Assembly (NCBI GenBank): GCA_029932755.1
Contig: JAOZPK010000004.1
Coordinates: 1-33,888 of the forward strand
Direction: 5' to 3'
DNA from: Candidatus Cloacimonadota bacterium
GTDB lineage: Bacteria; Cloacimonadota; Cloacimonadia; Cloacimonadales; TCS61
Length of the DNA stretch: 33,888 bases
Of this stretch, positions 1-9,855 are shown piece after piece; within the stretch, counting starts at the first letter, position 1; every line of letters begins with the position of its first letter. The notes under the pieces were generated by a model. The model saw only the letters and a list, made by a program, of their open reading frames with translations, did not search any database and had not been told where the DNA came from. The translations under genes were made by a program, and so were the position numbers.

Positions 1-38
1 TATTTTTGTTAGAGGCTCTTTTTTTTGGGAGGAGAGTA

Positions 39-587
39 ATGTTCCAGATACTTGCTGAAAAGGTAATAAGCGGATTAGCAGCTTTTTCGATGTTGCTTCT
101 CTCTTCCTATCAGGGTAACGAAGCCAGTTTCTCGGCTTATACAACTTCCTTTCTAGATGATAGAATGTTCTTAGAATGTAAATTGGAAAATGCTTTTGAA
201 AACGATTTTGAGGAGATATTTAAATCCGGACAGAGCATTGATATTTACTTTAGTGTTAAAATCAGCGATAGAGATGTGATCATCCATGAAGAAGAATTTA
301 AACATTCTATAATATTTGACCCTCTTACACAATTATTTAGTATTGAGCTTGAAGATCAGGGCTTATCTTTTTCAACTAATTCTTATGATGAATTAAAAAT
401 TATTATTTCAAATATTGAATACAGTTTTAAAGATGAAAACATTCATGATTGCACATTAACCTTGAAAGCATATCTTCCTAAAATTCGTTTAATAGCACTA
501 AATAGAGACTTTGATCTTATGATGTTATGGAAATATAATGAGCCTAAACTTACAGCAAAATTAGAAAGTGAAAATCATGAAGATTAA
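39..587 (+). CDS. Exported protein, DUF4390-like
   Basis: ATG at 39 follows GGAGGAG and is preferred over the TTG at 6. The N-terminus is hydrophobic. The pattern 'EEIFKSGQSIDIYF...IIFDPLTQLF' and the position directly upstream of an NtrY/NtrX-like pair resemble DUF4390 (recognised by eye). Confidence 0.6.
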   Translation: MFQILAEKVISGLAAFSMLLLSSYQGNEASFSAYTTSFLDDRMFLECKLENAFENDFEEIFKSGQSIDIYFSVKISDRDVIIHEEEFKHSIIFDPLTQLFSIELEDQGLSFSTNSYDELKIIISNIEYSFKDENIHDCTLTLKAYLPKIRLIALNRDFDLMMLWKYNEPKLTAKLESENHED

Positions 588-1728
588 TCTTGGAATTAGA
601 TCCAGTGTCATTTTGTTATTTCTTCTACTATATTTATCTAGTTTATTTATTATAAACAATTTTTTTGTAAAAAAATACCAGCAATCAAATAGATTATTTT
701 CTGAAATGAAATTCGATATTTCAATATCAGAGCTAACTTTTAATACAAAACAAGACAGCATAAAAGCTCGAGAATTACTGAATAATTTCCGGCAGAACCT
801 GGCTGACTCTGAAATGATGAAACATGAAGCTCAGATCTATTCTATGGCATATTTATTATTATTAATGATATTATCAGTCATAATTTTTATTGCATTTTTA
901 TATAGAATAACAAAACCCTTGAACCAATTACAAAAAGCTACAAGAACAATCCGCGATGGTGATTTCTCTGTTTATTTACCGGAAACCGGAATTAAAGAAA
1001 TTCGTGAACTAAAGCATTCATTTAATAGTATGTCTCGTGAATTGGAGAACACACAGAAGAAATTACTGCAAGCTGAAAAAGATACAATGTGGAAAGAACT
1101 ATCGCGCATTTTAGCTCACGAGATAAAGAACCCGCTTACCCCTATTCAACTTTCAATTGAAAGATTGGAAGAGAAATTTGAGCTTGATCATAAAAAATTC
1201 TATGAGATCTTCCCTGAATCAGTTAGGATCATAAATCAAGAGATCAACAATTTGAAACTTCTGGTTAGCTCTTTCTCTAATTTTGCTAAAAATATCAATC
1301 CCGAAATCTCTGAATTTAACCCAAAAACAATTATGGATGAAATCCTTAATTCATATCAGCATAATTTTGAAATAGTAATATCTGGAGAGAATTGTACTAT
1401 TTTGTTTGATCGAACACATTTTTATCAGATAATCACAAATCTTGTTCAGAACGCTATTGATGCTTCGGGAAAAGAAAGCGACATTATCATCGAAATAGAA
1501 AAAAGAGAGATGAATACAGTGATAAGTATTTCTGATTCGGGCAAAGGAATCAATGAAAAGGATATCAATAAAATATTCGAACCATATTTCACTAAAAAGA
1601 AAAAAGGAACAGGATTAGGTCTTGCTTTAGTAAAAAAATTAGTTGATATAAATAACTCTTCAATAAGTGTGACCAGTAGGGAAAATGAAGGCAGTTGTTT
1701 TGAAATCGTGATTCCGAATAGCTGTTAA
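577..1728 (+). CDS. Membrane sensor histidine kinase, NtrY-like (HAMP-HisKA-HATPase)
   Basis: Two TM segments, HAMP (ITKPLNQL...GDFS), H-box LAHEIKNPLTPIQL, N-box NLVQNAIDA, G-boxes DSGKG and GTGLGL. The start is ATG 577 or GTG 568. Confidence 0.93.
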   Translation: MKINLGIRSSVILLFLLLYLSSLFIINNFFVKKYQQSNRLFSEMKFDISISELTFNTKQDSIKARELLNNFRQNLADSEMMKHEAQIYSMAYLLLLMILSVIIFIAFLYRITKPLNQLQKATRTIRDGDFSVYLPETGIKEIRELKHSFNSMSRELENTQKKLLQAEKDTMWKELSRILAHEIKNPLTPIQLSIERLEEKFELDHKKFYEIFPESVRIINQEINNLKLLVSSFSNFAKNINPEISEFNPKTIMDEILNSYQHNFEIVISGENCTILFDRTHFYQIITNLVQNAIDASGKESDIIIEIEKREMNTVISISDSGKGINEKDINKIFEPYFTKKKKGTGLGLALVKKLVDINNSSISVTSRENEGSCFEIVIPNSC

Positions 1729-1746
1729 AAGACTCAGGAGAAATAA

Positions 1747-3087
1747 ATGAAAGTACTCATTATTGACGATGAAATGAATATATGTCTAACTTTAAAAAAT
1801 ATTTTAGAAGATGAAGGATATGAATGTGATTTTGCTCTCGATAGTAAGAAAGGAATGAATAAATTTGAGAGTATGATACCAGATATCGTTCTTTTGGATG
1901 TACGACTCGATGGATCAAACGGCATTGATCTTCTTAAAGATATGAAAAAACTCAGAGAAGATATAATTGTAATAATGATCTCAGGACACAGTGGAATCAA
2001 AGAAGCTGTTCAATCTATAAAGTACGGAGCTTATGATTTTCTTGAAAAACCATTAAGCCTCACAAAAGTTAAGATCATCATAAAAAAGGCATTTGAATTC
2101 CAAAATATGTCAATAGATTATAGCAGATTAAAAACCAATGAAAATGAAAAATACAAAATAATTGGCAACAGTGAGCCCATTAAAGAACTTTTATCATTAA
2201 TCGATCGAATTGCTACAAGTGATTCAAAAGTATTGGTTAGAGGAGAGAGTGGGACAGGTAAAGAGTTGGTTGCTTACGCCATTCACCACAAAAGCAAAAG
2301 AAAAGATAAACCTTTTGCCAAGTTCAATTCAGCTGCAATTCCAACAGAGCTTATAGAAAGTGAATTATTTGGCTATGAAAAGGGAGCATTTACCGGGGCT
2401 GTAGGCAGTAAAAGCGGAAAGATAGAACAAGCACATGGTGGAACACTTTTCCTCGACGAGATCGGAGATATGAGCCTTAAAGCGCAATCCAAGATACTAC
2501 GTGTTATACAAGAAGGTGAATTCGAGCGGGTTGGAAGTAATAAAACACTTAAAATTGATATAAGACTTATCGCTGCAACTCATAAAAATCTAGAAGAACT
2601 TGTACAAAAAGGGGAATTCAGGGAAGATCTCTATTATCGATTGAATGTAATTCCTATTACTGCTCCTCCCCTACGTCAGCATCCTGAAGATATCCCATTG
2701 CTGGTAGAATATTTCTCTAATCAATTTTCAAATGAATTAAAACTTCCGCTTAAAGAGTTTTTGCCGGAAACTATCTCAGAATTTCGATCTTGGGAATTCA
2801 AAGGTAATGTTAGAGAGCTAAAAAACTTCATTGAAAGATTATACATCCTTGTTCCAAAAATAATTATCGAACCAGATGATATCAATAATCTTGGAATTGC
2901 AAAACAACCAGATTCCAACTTTTGGAATGAAACCTTATCTCTTAAAGAAAAGCGAAAGGAATTCGAAACTAAATATCTCTCTATTCAGCTTAAAATAAAT
3001 GATGGAAATATCTCCAAAACCGCAAAGACACTCGATCTGCAAGTCAGCAATTTATCACGGAAATTAAAAGAATTAAATATTAATTAG
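1747..3087 (+). CDS. Sigma54-dependent response regulator (NtrC/NtrX family)
   Basis: Receiver domain (VLIIDDE, VLLDV), Walker A GESGTGKE, ESELFGYEKGAFTGA, Walker B LFLDEIGD, FREDLYYRLNV and a C-terminal Fis-type HTH. Confidence 0.96.
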   Translation: MKVLIIDDEMNICLTLKNILEDEGYECDFALDSKKGMNKFESMIPDIVLLDVRLDGSNGIDLLKDMKKLREDIIVIMISGHSGIKEAVQSIKYGAYDFLEKPLSLTKVKIIIKKAFEFQNMSIDYSRLKTNENEKYKIIGNSEPIKELLSLIDRIATSDSKVLVRGESGTGKELVAYAIHHKSKRKDKPFAKFNSAAIPTELIESELFGYEKGAFTGAVGSKSGKIEQAHGGTLFLDEIGDMSLKAQSKILRVIQEGEFERVGSNKTLKIDIRLIAATHKNLEELVQKGEFREDLYYRLNVIPITAPPLRQHPEDIPLLVEYFSNQFSNELKLPLKEFLPETISEFRSWEFKGNVRELKNFIERLYILVPKIIIEPDDINNLGIAKQPDSNFWNETLSLKEKRKEFETKYLSIQLKINDGNISKTAKTLDLQVSNLSRKLKELNIN

Positions 3088-3112
3088 AAAAAACGATATA
3101 ATAGAGTGCTTA

Positions 3113-3194
3113 AACCTCACATCAATCCTCTTCTAAGAGGAGAGGAAGCTTTTTATACTCCTTCTCCTAGACAGGAGAAGGCTGGGATGAGGTT
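3113..3194. repeat. REP-like double-hairpin palindromic element
   Basis: Outer arms AACCTCA (3113-3119) and TGAGGTT (3188-3194) enclose hairpins TCCTCTTCT-aag-AGGAGAGGA (3126-3146) and CCTTCTCCT-agac-AGGAGAAGG (3160-3181). Confidence 0.7.
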
Positions 3195-3245
3195 GATTAT
3201 GAATAAAATGTTAATTAAGAATAAAGAAAAACAAAGGAGTAATTT

Positions 3246-4991
3246 ATGAAATCTAAATGGTTTTCACTCGGGTGTCTAACATCTGTTGTTATCATTATCA
3301 TTATGATATTCACAATGTTATTGACATTCGGAAGTATGGGAAAGGGATTTAAGAAACCTATGCCGGAAAAAATAGTTGAAGGGTCGTGGTTAAGAATGGA
3401 TATTGGCGGGATAATTGTAGATTATAATGAGTTTGAAGATAATCCTTTTGCAGGTTCATTTTCAACTGAGAAAACATCCGTTCATGAGATTGTACACAAG
3501 ATCAATAAAGCTGCTCAAGATGATAAGATCAAAGGAATTTTACTTGAACCAAAATTTATTACCTGTGGTTATGCTGGTCTGAATGAGATAATGAGTGCTT
3601 TAGAGGATTTCAAAAGCACTGGAAAAGAGATTCACGCTTATCTTGATTTCGGTATAGATAGAGATTATTTCCTCTCTACAGTAGCTGACAAAATTTACCT
3701 TAACCCTTCTGCATCTGCTGGAATTTTGTTAACCGGAGTTGGTAGAGGAGTACTCTTTTATAAAGATCTATTAGATAAGATCGGTGTAGAGTACACTGTA
3801 ATTCATGCAGGGAAATACAAAGGTGCCGGTGAAACTTTTTCACGAAATGAATTTTCCGAACCGGTAAGAAAGAATCTTGATATATTGTTTTCTAATCTAT
3901 ATAACTCAATTCTTACTAAAATTGCACAAAACCGAGGAATTGAACTTGCTGAAATTACTAAAATTTATGAGAGGAGAGAGGAACTAGTTATTAATCAGGA
4001 AAATGCTCTCAATTACAAATTAGTTGATGAACTTTCTGTAAAAGAAGATTTGTATAATGAATTTGGTGTCACAAAAAAGAACCTGGTTTCTTTTTCTAAA
4101 TATAAACAACCAAAGTTCAAAAAATCAAACTCTAATATTGCTGTAGTTTATGCTCAAGGTGGAATTGTAATGCAGTCTCAAGGATTTGGTGCGGTAAACA
4201 TTACTGCCGCCAAACTGAATAAGACCTTAGATAAAATTGAGAAAGATAATGAGATCAAAGGTGTTGTGATCCGAGTGAATAGTCCAGGCGGAAGCGCACT
4301 CGTTTCTGAAATGATCCTTGATAGAATTAAGAGATTAAGAAAAGTTAAACCTGTAGTGATCTCAATGGGAAATGTTGCTGCATCCGGTGGTTATTATATC
4401 TCTGCAGAATCGGATTACATTTTCGCTGATCCATTTACTATAACCGGATCTATCGGTGTTGTTGCCATGATTCCTAATATTGCTAAACTATCAGATAATA
4501 TTGGACTTCATGAACAAGATATTTCTAAAGGAAAATTTGCAAATGCATTCAGTATATATACAAAACCGGATGAATCTATGATCAATTCTATACGAATGAG
4601 TATCAAAGAGACATATTTAGAATTCAAGCAACGTGTTGCCGATGGCAGAGGAATTACTTTAGATGAAGTTGAACTAATAGCTCAAGGGCAGGTCTGGTCT
4701 GCAGAAGATGCATTGCAGAACAAATTAATAGACGAAACGGGAATGATCAGTGATGCAATAAAGAAGGCTGCTGAACTGAGCAACATTGAAGAATACACAA
4801 TCAAATATTATCCAAAACAAAAGAATTTCTTTGAAGAGATCATCAAAGATAAATTTGATATAGACATTGCTGAAACTGTAATTTCCAACCAGATCAAAGA
4901 AAATAGAGGTATACTGAGAGCCTGGCAATTGTTTAAATCAATTAAGAATGATCCCTTGCAGGCAGTTATGCCATTTGAATTAGAAAATTAG
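3246..4991 (+). CDS. sppA: Signal peptide peptidase SppA (protease IV), long two-domain form
   Basis: N-terminal TM anchor, GKYKGAGE, RVNSPGGS, SMGNVAASGGYY and TITGSIGV motifs; RBS AAGGAG. Confidence 0.95.
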   Translation: MKSKWFSLGCLTSVVIIIIMIFTMLLTFGSMGKGFKKPMPEKIVEGSWLRMDIGGIIVDYNEFEDNPFAGSFSTEKTSVHEIVHKINKAAQDDKIKGILLEPKFITCGYAGLNEIMSALEDFKSTGKEIHAYLDFGIDRDYFLSTVADKIYLNPSASAGILLTGVGRGVLFYKDLLDKIGVEYTVIHAGKYKGAGETFSRNEFSEPVRKNLDILFSNLYNSILTKIAQNRGIELAEITKIYERREELVINQENALNYKLVDELSVKEDLYNEFGVTKKNLVSFSKYKQPKFKKSNSNIAVVYAQGGIVMQSQGFGAVNITAAKLNKTLDKIEKDNEIKGVVIRVNSPGGSALVSEMILDRIKRLRKVKPVVISMGNVAASGGYYISAESDYIFADPFTITGSIGVVAMIPNIAKLSDNIGLHEQDISKGKFANAFSIYTKPDESMINSIRMSIKETYLEFKQRVADGRGITLDEVELIAQGQVWSAEDALQNKLIDETGMISDAIKKAAELSNIEEYTIKYYPKQKNFFEEIIKDKFDIDIAETVISNQIKENRGILRAWQLFKSIKNDPLQAVMPFELEN

Positions 4992-5012
4992 AAACCCAAT
5001 TTAATTTTAAGA

Positions 5013-5046
5013 GAAGGTGGCTTATTGTCACCTTCCTTTCTATTTT
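5013..5046 (+). terminator. Probable intrinsic terminator after sppA
   Basis: Stem GAAGGTGGC-ttatt-GTCACCTTC followed by CTTTCTATTTT. Confidence 0.6.
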
Positions 5047-5063
5047 AATGAATATTAAAGTAC

Positions 5064-5092
5064 TTGACTTATAAAGCTTATAAAAAAATTTG
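5064..5092 (+). promoter_or_regulatory. Candidate sigma70-type promoter for the TPR gene, tRNA and tig-clpPX
   Basis: TTGACT at 5064-5069, with an A/T-rich AAATTT 16 nt downstream. The -10 is non-consensus. Confidence 0.35.
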
Positions 5093-5136
5093 CTTTATAA
5101 TAAAAATATATTTTAATATAATAACACGGAGGAAAA

Positions 5137-6285
5137 ATGAGAGAGTTTAAAAAGAATTTATTTTTAATTGGAATTATTTCGATTTTTGGAATTTCATTAC
5201 TAATTGCTTCACAAGATCTTTCTGTTCAAGGTAAAAAGAATTTACGATCTGCCAATATGCATTTAGGTGGAGAGAGATATGAAAAAGCGCTTCCATTATA
5301 CGAATTGGTTTTAGAAGAGAATCCAAATCAAATAGATGCACTTAACAATGTAGCCGCTATTTATTATGATATGAAGGGAGATTATCCTAAAGCACGCGAA
5401 TATTTCATTAGATTGATAGATGTGATCAATGGTATTTTTGCAGAATATGAAGAAATTAAATTAACGGATGAAAAGGCTGCAAAAAAATATTATAAAACAA
5501 ACATTAAGAAACTTAAATTGGAAAATATGCTTGAGGATGTTGAACATTTTAGAGATAATTGTATTACGCAAATGGTGAATAGTGGTAAACTAAAAATTCA
5601 ATCTGAAGAATTTGAAACCGCTATCGAGATATTCACCAATATTGCAGAGATCGTTCCAGATAGTACAATTACATACAGGCTTATGGCTTTATGTTATGAA
5701 AAACTTGATGATATGGAGAATGCTAGAAATTACTTTATCAAGACAGCCGAGCTTGATTCAACAGATATTTATGCAAGACAACAAGTCGCATCCCTCTATT
5801 ATAATGACGAAAAGTTTATTGAATCAGGTAATTGGTATTTAGAAGCTGCAAAAAATGATACTGAAAATCCGGATAATTATTATAATGCCGGACTCGCCTA
5901 TAAGAATGCCGGAAAAGATTCTTTATCATACAGTGCATTCCAGAAAGCTTTAGAATTTGATCCTGAGAACATGAATATTATCGTTACATTAAGTAATATT
6001 GCATTATCTTTGAAAGATAACAAAGCATCCACAATGTATCTGCAAAAAGCTGTTGATATTGATGCTGCAGACGGGACAATAGATAATCCAATGTATGTTA
6101 CAACTGTCTGCTATAAGCTTTACGGTTTAAAGAAGTTTGATGAGCTTATCAAATATGCTGAAATGTGGCATAATCTTGATAGTTCTTCTCTAGAAGCAGT
6201 TCAAATGCTATATAATGCATCGAAAGAGATAAATAACAGAGAGCTGATGGATAAATACAACAAAATGTATCAGGAAATGCAATAA
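5137..6285 (+). CDS. Exported tetratricopeptide-repeat protein
   Basis: Signal peptide, multiple TPR-like units (e.g. YYNAGLAYKNAGKDSLSYSAFQKALEFDPEN) and RBS GGAGG. Confidence 0.88.
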   Translation: MREFKKNLFLIGIISIFGISLLIASQDLSVQGKKNLRSANMHLGGERYEKALPLYELVLEENPNQIDALNNVAAIYYDMKGDYPKAREYFIRLIDVINGIFAEYEEIKLTDEKAAKKYYKTNIKKLKLENMLEDVEHFRDNCITQMVNSGKLKIQSEEFETAIEIFTNIAEIVPDSTITYRLMALCYEKLDDMENARNYFIKTAELDSTDIYARQQVASLYYNDEKFIESGNWYLEAAKNDTENPDNYYNAGLAYKNAGKDSLSYSAFQKALEFDPENMNIIVTLSNIALSLKDNKASTMYLQKAVDIDAADGTIDNPMYVTTVCYKLYGLKKFDELIKYAEMWHNLDSSSLEAVQMLYNASKEINNRELMDKYNKMYQEMQ

Positions 6286-6294
6286 TATTTCTAT

Positions 6295-6381
6295 GCGAAA
6301 GTGGCGGAGTTGGTAGACGCGCTGGCCTTAGAAGCCAGTGAGAGAAATCTCGTAGGGGTTCGAGTCCCCTCTTTCGCACCA
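6295..6381 (+). tRNA. tRNA-Leu(TAG)
   Basis: Acceptor stem GCGAAAG/CTTTCGC, D-arm GGCGGAGTTGGTAGACGC, anticodon arm CTGGC-CTTAGAA-GCCAG, long variable arm GAGAGAAATCTC, T-loop GGTTCGAGTCC and encoded CCA. Confidence 0.97.
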
Positions 6382-6415
6382 TATATTTTTATGAATTTAA
6401 TATAAAGGAGATAAA

Positions 6416-7690
6416 TTGAAAACTAGTATCAAAGAGAGCAGTCAATGTGTAAGAGAACTTACAATAACAATTGAATCAAAAACTGCGATTGCAGATTATA
6501 ATAAAATTGTGAATCAATTTAAAAATTATGTAGCTATTCCTGGATTCCGTAAAGGTAAAGCACCTATCTCAATGATCGAAAAATCATTTGGTCCGCAGAT
6601 CAAAGATGAATTTTACAATCAAAAATTAGGTGATTACTATAAAGATGCAATTGATGCAGAAAAAATTCACCCGATCAACCAAGGAGAAGCTTCTGAATTT
6701 GAATGGGAAAAAGGAAAAGATCTTGTTGTTACATTCAAATATGAAGTGATGCCTGATATCAAAGTTGAAAAATATAAAGGTTTAAAAATTCCATTTGAAC
6801 CCGTTATATTCAAAAAAAAGATGGTAGAAGCAACTTTGGATGAGTATAGAAATAAAATGGCTACTGAAACACCAGTCGAAACTGCTGAGACCGGAAGTAT
6901 TATTGATGCTACTTTCAAATTTCTAAATGAGAATAATGAAGTGACAAAAGAAGTGAATAGAAAATTTGTGTTAGGTGAAAATCAATATTCTAAATTATTT
7001 AATACGAAACTTACAGGCGCAAAAATAGAAGACGAGATCAAAACTAAACTGTTCACTAAATCACAGAAATCTGAAGATGCTGAAATTGACAATAGCATCA
7101 AAGACAGAGACTTTCTTGTGAGGATCAATGCGATTAAACGAAAAGATATTCCTAATATTGATGATGATTTTGCCAAAGATCTCGAGTATGATTCTTTGAA
7201 AGATCTGAACAGCAAAGTAGAAATTGAACTTAAGGCCAAGATCGAAGAAGATAATAAGAACAATGCAAAAACTGCAGTTCTTGCTCAACTAATTGACGAG
7301 AACTCATTCGAACTTCCTCAATCGATTGTGAAACAAGTTGCTGAGAATATGGCAAAACCTTATGCAGAAACGTATAAAATGGAACTTGAGCAAATGACTC
7401 AAATGTATATGAGTGTAGCCGAGTTTAATCTTAAGGGTCATTATCTGGTTGAGGAAATCAAGAAGATCGAAGAGATTAAGATATCTAATGATGAAAAAGA
7501 AGATATAATTAAAAAAGCTGCTGAAAATGTAAAAATGGATATTGAAAAATACAAAAAAATGTATAAGAATCAAATCGAAAACAACGATTTTATCTACGCA
7601 GCTGAAGAAGATAAGGTGATTGAGCTTATTAAAAAGAGTTCAAAATTTGTAGCTTTACCAAAAGAAAATAAGAAACCAACTAAGAAATAA
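6416..7690 (+). CDS. tig: Trigger factor
   Basis: Ribosome-binding signature IPGFRKGKAP, DDDFAKDL, TTG start after AAGGAG, and position upstream of clpP-clpX. Confidence 0.95.
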   Translation: MKTSIKESSQCVRELTITIESKTAIADYNKIVNQFKNYVAIPGFRKGKAPISMIEKSFGPQIKDEFYNQKLGDYYKDAIDAEKIHPINQGEASEFEWEKGKDLVVTFKYEVMPDIKVEKYKGLKIPFEPVIFKKKMVEATLDEYRNKMATETPVETAETGSIIDATFKFLNENNEVTKEVNRKFVLGENQYSKLFNTKLTGAKIEDEIKTKLFTKSQKSEDAEIDNSIKDRDFLVRINAIKRKDIPNIDDDFAKDLEYDSLKDLNSKVEIELKAKIEEDNKNNAKTAVLAQLIDENSFELPQSIVKQVAENMAKPYAETYKMELEQMTQMYMSVAEFNLKGHYLVEEIKKIEEIKISNDEKEDIIKKAAENVKMDIEKYKKMYKNQIENNDFIYAAEEDKVIELIKKSSKFVALPKENKKPTKK

Positions 7691-7705
7691 TATCAGGGAG
7701 TTATT

Positions 7706-8320
7706 ATGGCTTATGTACCAATAGTAGTTGAGCAGAACGGAAAAGTTGAAAGAGCATATGATATTTATTCACGTCTTTTAAAAGATAGAATTATATTTGT
7801 GGGTTCTCCTATTGATTATAATGTAGCTAATGTTGTGATGGCGCAACTATTACATCTTGAAGCAGAAGACCCCGATAAAGATATTTATATGTATATTAAT
7901 AGTCCTGGAGGCTCTATTAATGCAGGACTTGCTATTTATGATACGATGCAGTATATTCGTCCCGACGTTTCCACAATATGTATAGGACAAGCTTCAAGCA
8001 TGGGTGCATTTCTTCTCGCAGCCGGTGTAAAAAATAAAAGATTTGCTCTTCCAAATTGCAGGATAATGATACATCAGCCTATGGGTGGTGTTCAGGGACA
8101 AGCTTCTGATATTGAAATTCATACAAAAGAAATTTTATTCTTAAAAAAAAGATTAAATGGACTTCTCCATAAACATACACAACAATCATTAAAAAGAATT
8201 GAAAAAGATACTGATCGCAATTTCTTTATGAGCCCTACTGAAGCAAAAGAATACGGGATTATTGACGAAGTAATTGCGACAAGGAAAGATTCAATATTAG
8301 CATTAAAATCGGGAGAGTAG
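7706..8320 (+). CDS. clpP: ATP-dependent Clp protease proteolytic subunit
   Basis: [40 protein letters not shown] and DTDRNFFM. Confidence 0.98.
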   Translation: MAYVPIVVEQNGKVERAYDIYSRLLKDRIIFVGSPIDYNVANVVMAQLLHLEAEDPDKDIYMYINSPGGSINAGLAIYDTMQYIRPDVSTICIGQASSMGAFLLAAGVKNKRFALPNCRIMIHQPMGGVQGQASDIEIHTKEILFLKKRLNGLLHKHTQQSLKRIEKDTDRNFFMSPTEAKEYGIIDEVIATRKDSILALKSGE

Positions 8321-9550
8321 ATGGAACAAGAAAACAAATGTTCATTTTGCGGTCGATCTGAAGCTGAAACAAAATATCTGATTAAAGGCATTAGTGGAAA
8401 TATTTGTGAAGAATGCATTAATATGTGTTCCACGATCGTTGAATCTGAATTTCAGAAGAAGGAGATGGATAACTTTATTCTTCCAACTCCAAGAGAGATC
8501 CATGAACTTCTAAATCAGTATGTGATTGGGCAGGAAAAAGCTAAGAAGATAATATCAGTTTCAGTTTACAATCATTATAAAAGAATTTTCAAGCAAAATC
8601 CGGAAAATGAAGTTGATATTGAGAAAAGTAATATTCTTATGATCGGGCCAACAGGTTCCGGTAAGACCCTTATTGCTCAAACACTTGCTCGTATTCTCAA
8701 AGTTCCTTTTGCTATTGCCGATGCCACAACATTGACTGAAGCCGGGTACGTTGGCGAAGATGTAGAAAACATTTTAGTTAGACTTCTACAAAACGCTAAT
8801 TATGATGTAGAAAAAGCAGAAAAAGGGATTATCTATTTAGATGAACTTGATAAGATCGCCAGAAAATCTGAAACACCTTCAATAACCAGAGATGTTTCGG
8901 GTGAAGGTGTTCAACAGGCTTTACTAAAAATATTGGAAGGTGCAAAAGTGAATGTTCCTCCAAAAGGCGGCAGAAAACATCCACAACAGGAATTTATCGA
9001 GATGGATACAAAAAATATTCTGTTCATCGCAGGTGGTGCTTTTTTCGGATTAGATAAGGTAATCCAAAATAGATTAAAGAAAAAAGCTGTTGGGTTTGAT
9101 TCAGATGTAATTTCTAAAAAAGATATTGATCCGGATTTCTTTAATAAAACGATTCCAAATGACCTGGTGAAATATGGTCTTATCCCGGAGTTAGTTGGTC
9201 GTATTCCAGTAATTTCTTCTTTACATGAACTAGATGAGGAAGCTCTTATTGCTATTCTAACCAAACCAAAGAACGCAATCTGTAAACAATATTTAAAGTT
9301 GTTTGAAATTGAGAATGTGAAACTTGATTTTGGAATTGATGCTTTGAAAGAAATTGCTCATTTGGCAATTAAACAAAAAACAGGAGCCAGGGGACTACGT
9401 GCAATAATGGAAAAATTCATGCTTGATATAATGTATGAAATTCCTGAGATTGACAATTTAAAAGAGTGTTTTATTTCAGCAGATGTTGTTCTTGGAAAGA
9501 CAGATCCGATATTTGCTTATGAGGAAAAGAAAAAAGAACAGTCAGCATGA
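8321..9550 (+). CDS. clpX: ATP-dependent Clp protease ATP-binding subunit ClpX
   Basis: C4 zinc finger (CSFC...CEEC), [39 protein letters not shown] and VGF loop. Confidence 0.98.
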   Translation: MEQENKCSFCGRSEAETKYLIKGISGNICEECINMCSTIVESEFQKKEMDNFILPTPREIHELLNQYVIGQEKAKKIISVSVYNHYKRIFKQNPENEVDIEKSNILMIGPTGSGKTLIAQTLARILKVPFAIADATTLTEAGYVGEDVENILVRLLQNANYDVEKAEKGIIYLDELDKIARKSETPSITRDVSGEGVQQALLKILEGAKVNVPPKGGRKHPQQEFIEMDTKNILFIAGGAFFGLDKVIQNRLKKKAVGFDSDVISKKDIDPDFFNKTIPNDLVKYGLIPELVGRIPVISSLHELDEEALIAILTKPKNAICKQYLKLFEIENVKLDFGIDALKEIAHLAIKQKTGARGLRAIMEKFMLDIMYEIPEIDNLKECFISADVVLGKTDPIFAYEEKKKEQSA

Positions 9551-9566
9551 AGCATAATTTATTATC

Positions 9567-9606
9567 TAAAAAGCCAACCTACAAGTAGGTTGGCTTTTTA
9601 TTTTTT
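9567..9606. terminator. Bidirectional intrinsic terminator
   Basis: Perfect 16-bp inverted repeat TAAAAAGCCAACCTAC-aa-GTAGGTTGGCTTTTTA, with a T-tract on each strand. Confidence 0.88.
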
Positions 9607-9651
9607 CAACATTATAGTTTTTTTTGACCTGAAACATACATTTATATTTTA

Positions 9652-9825
9652 CTACATATGACAATATAAATACTTAAGAAGATCTTTTGCTTTTATAGCA
9701 TCGAATAGATGCAATAGTGATTGTCCGCTTATCTCTTCAATTGGTTTTCCAGTACAACGTTCATGATATTTTGTTAAAATTAGTTTTATTTCTTCTATAC
9801 TGAACTGCACCAATGTATCTTCCAT
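9652..9825 (-). CDS. Small hypothetical protein, 57 aa (not in ORF track)
   Basis: Hand translation gives MEDTLVQFSIEEIKLILTKYHERCTGKPIEEISGQSLLHLFDAIKAKDLLKYLYCHM*. RBS GAGGTGA lies 4 nt before the ATG, with a promoter upstream and a terminator downstream. Confidence 0.7.
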   Translation of the reverse strand: MEDTLVQFSIEEIKLILTKYHERCTGKPIEEISGQSLLHLFDAIKAKDLLKYLYCHM

Positions 9826-9855
9826 AATATCACCTCGCGAATTAATAAATAATTA

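Noticed and set aside
6149-6382. 77-aa minus-strand ORF (MVRKRGLEP...)
   Set aside because: It is the typical antisense shadow of the tRNA-Leu gene.
6295-6415. tRNA as an integration site for an island
   Set aside because: tig follows directly, and I saw no integrase and no duplicated tRNA 3' end in the window.
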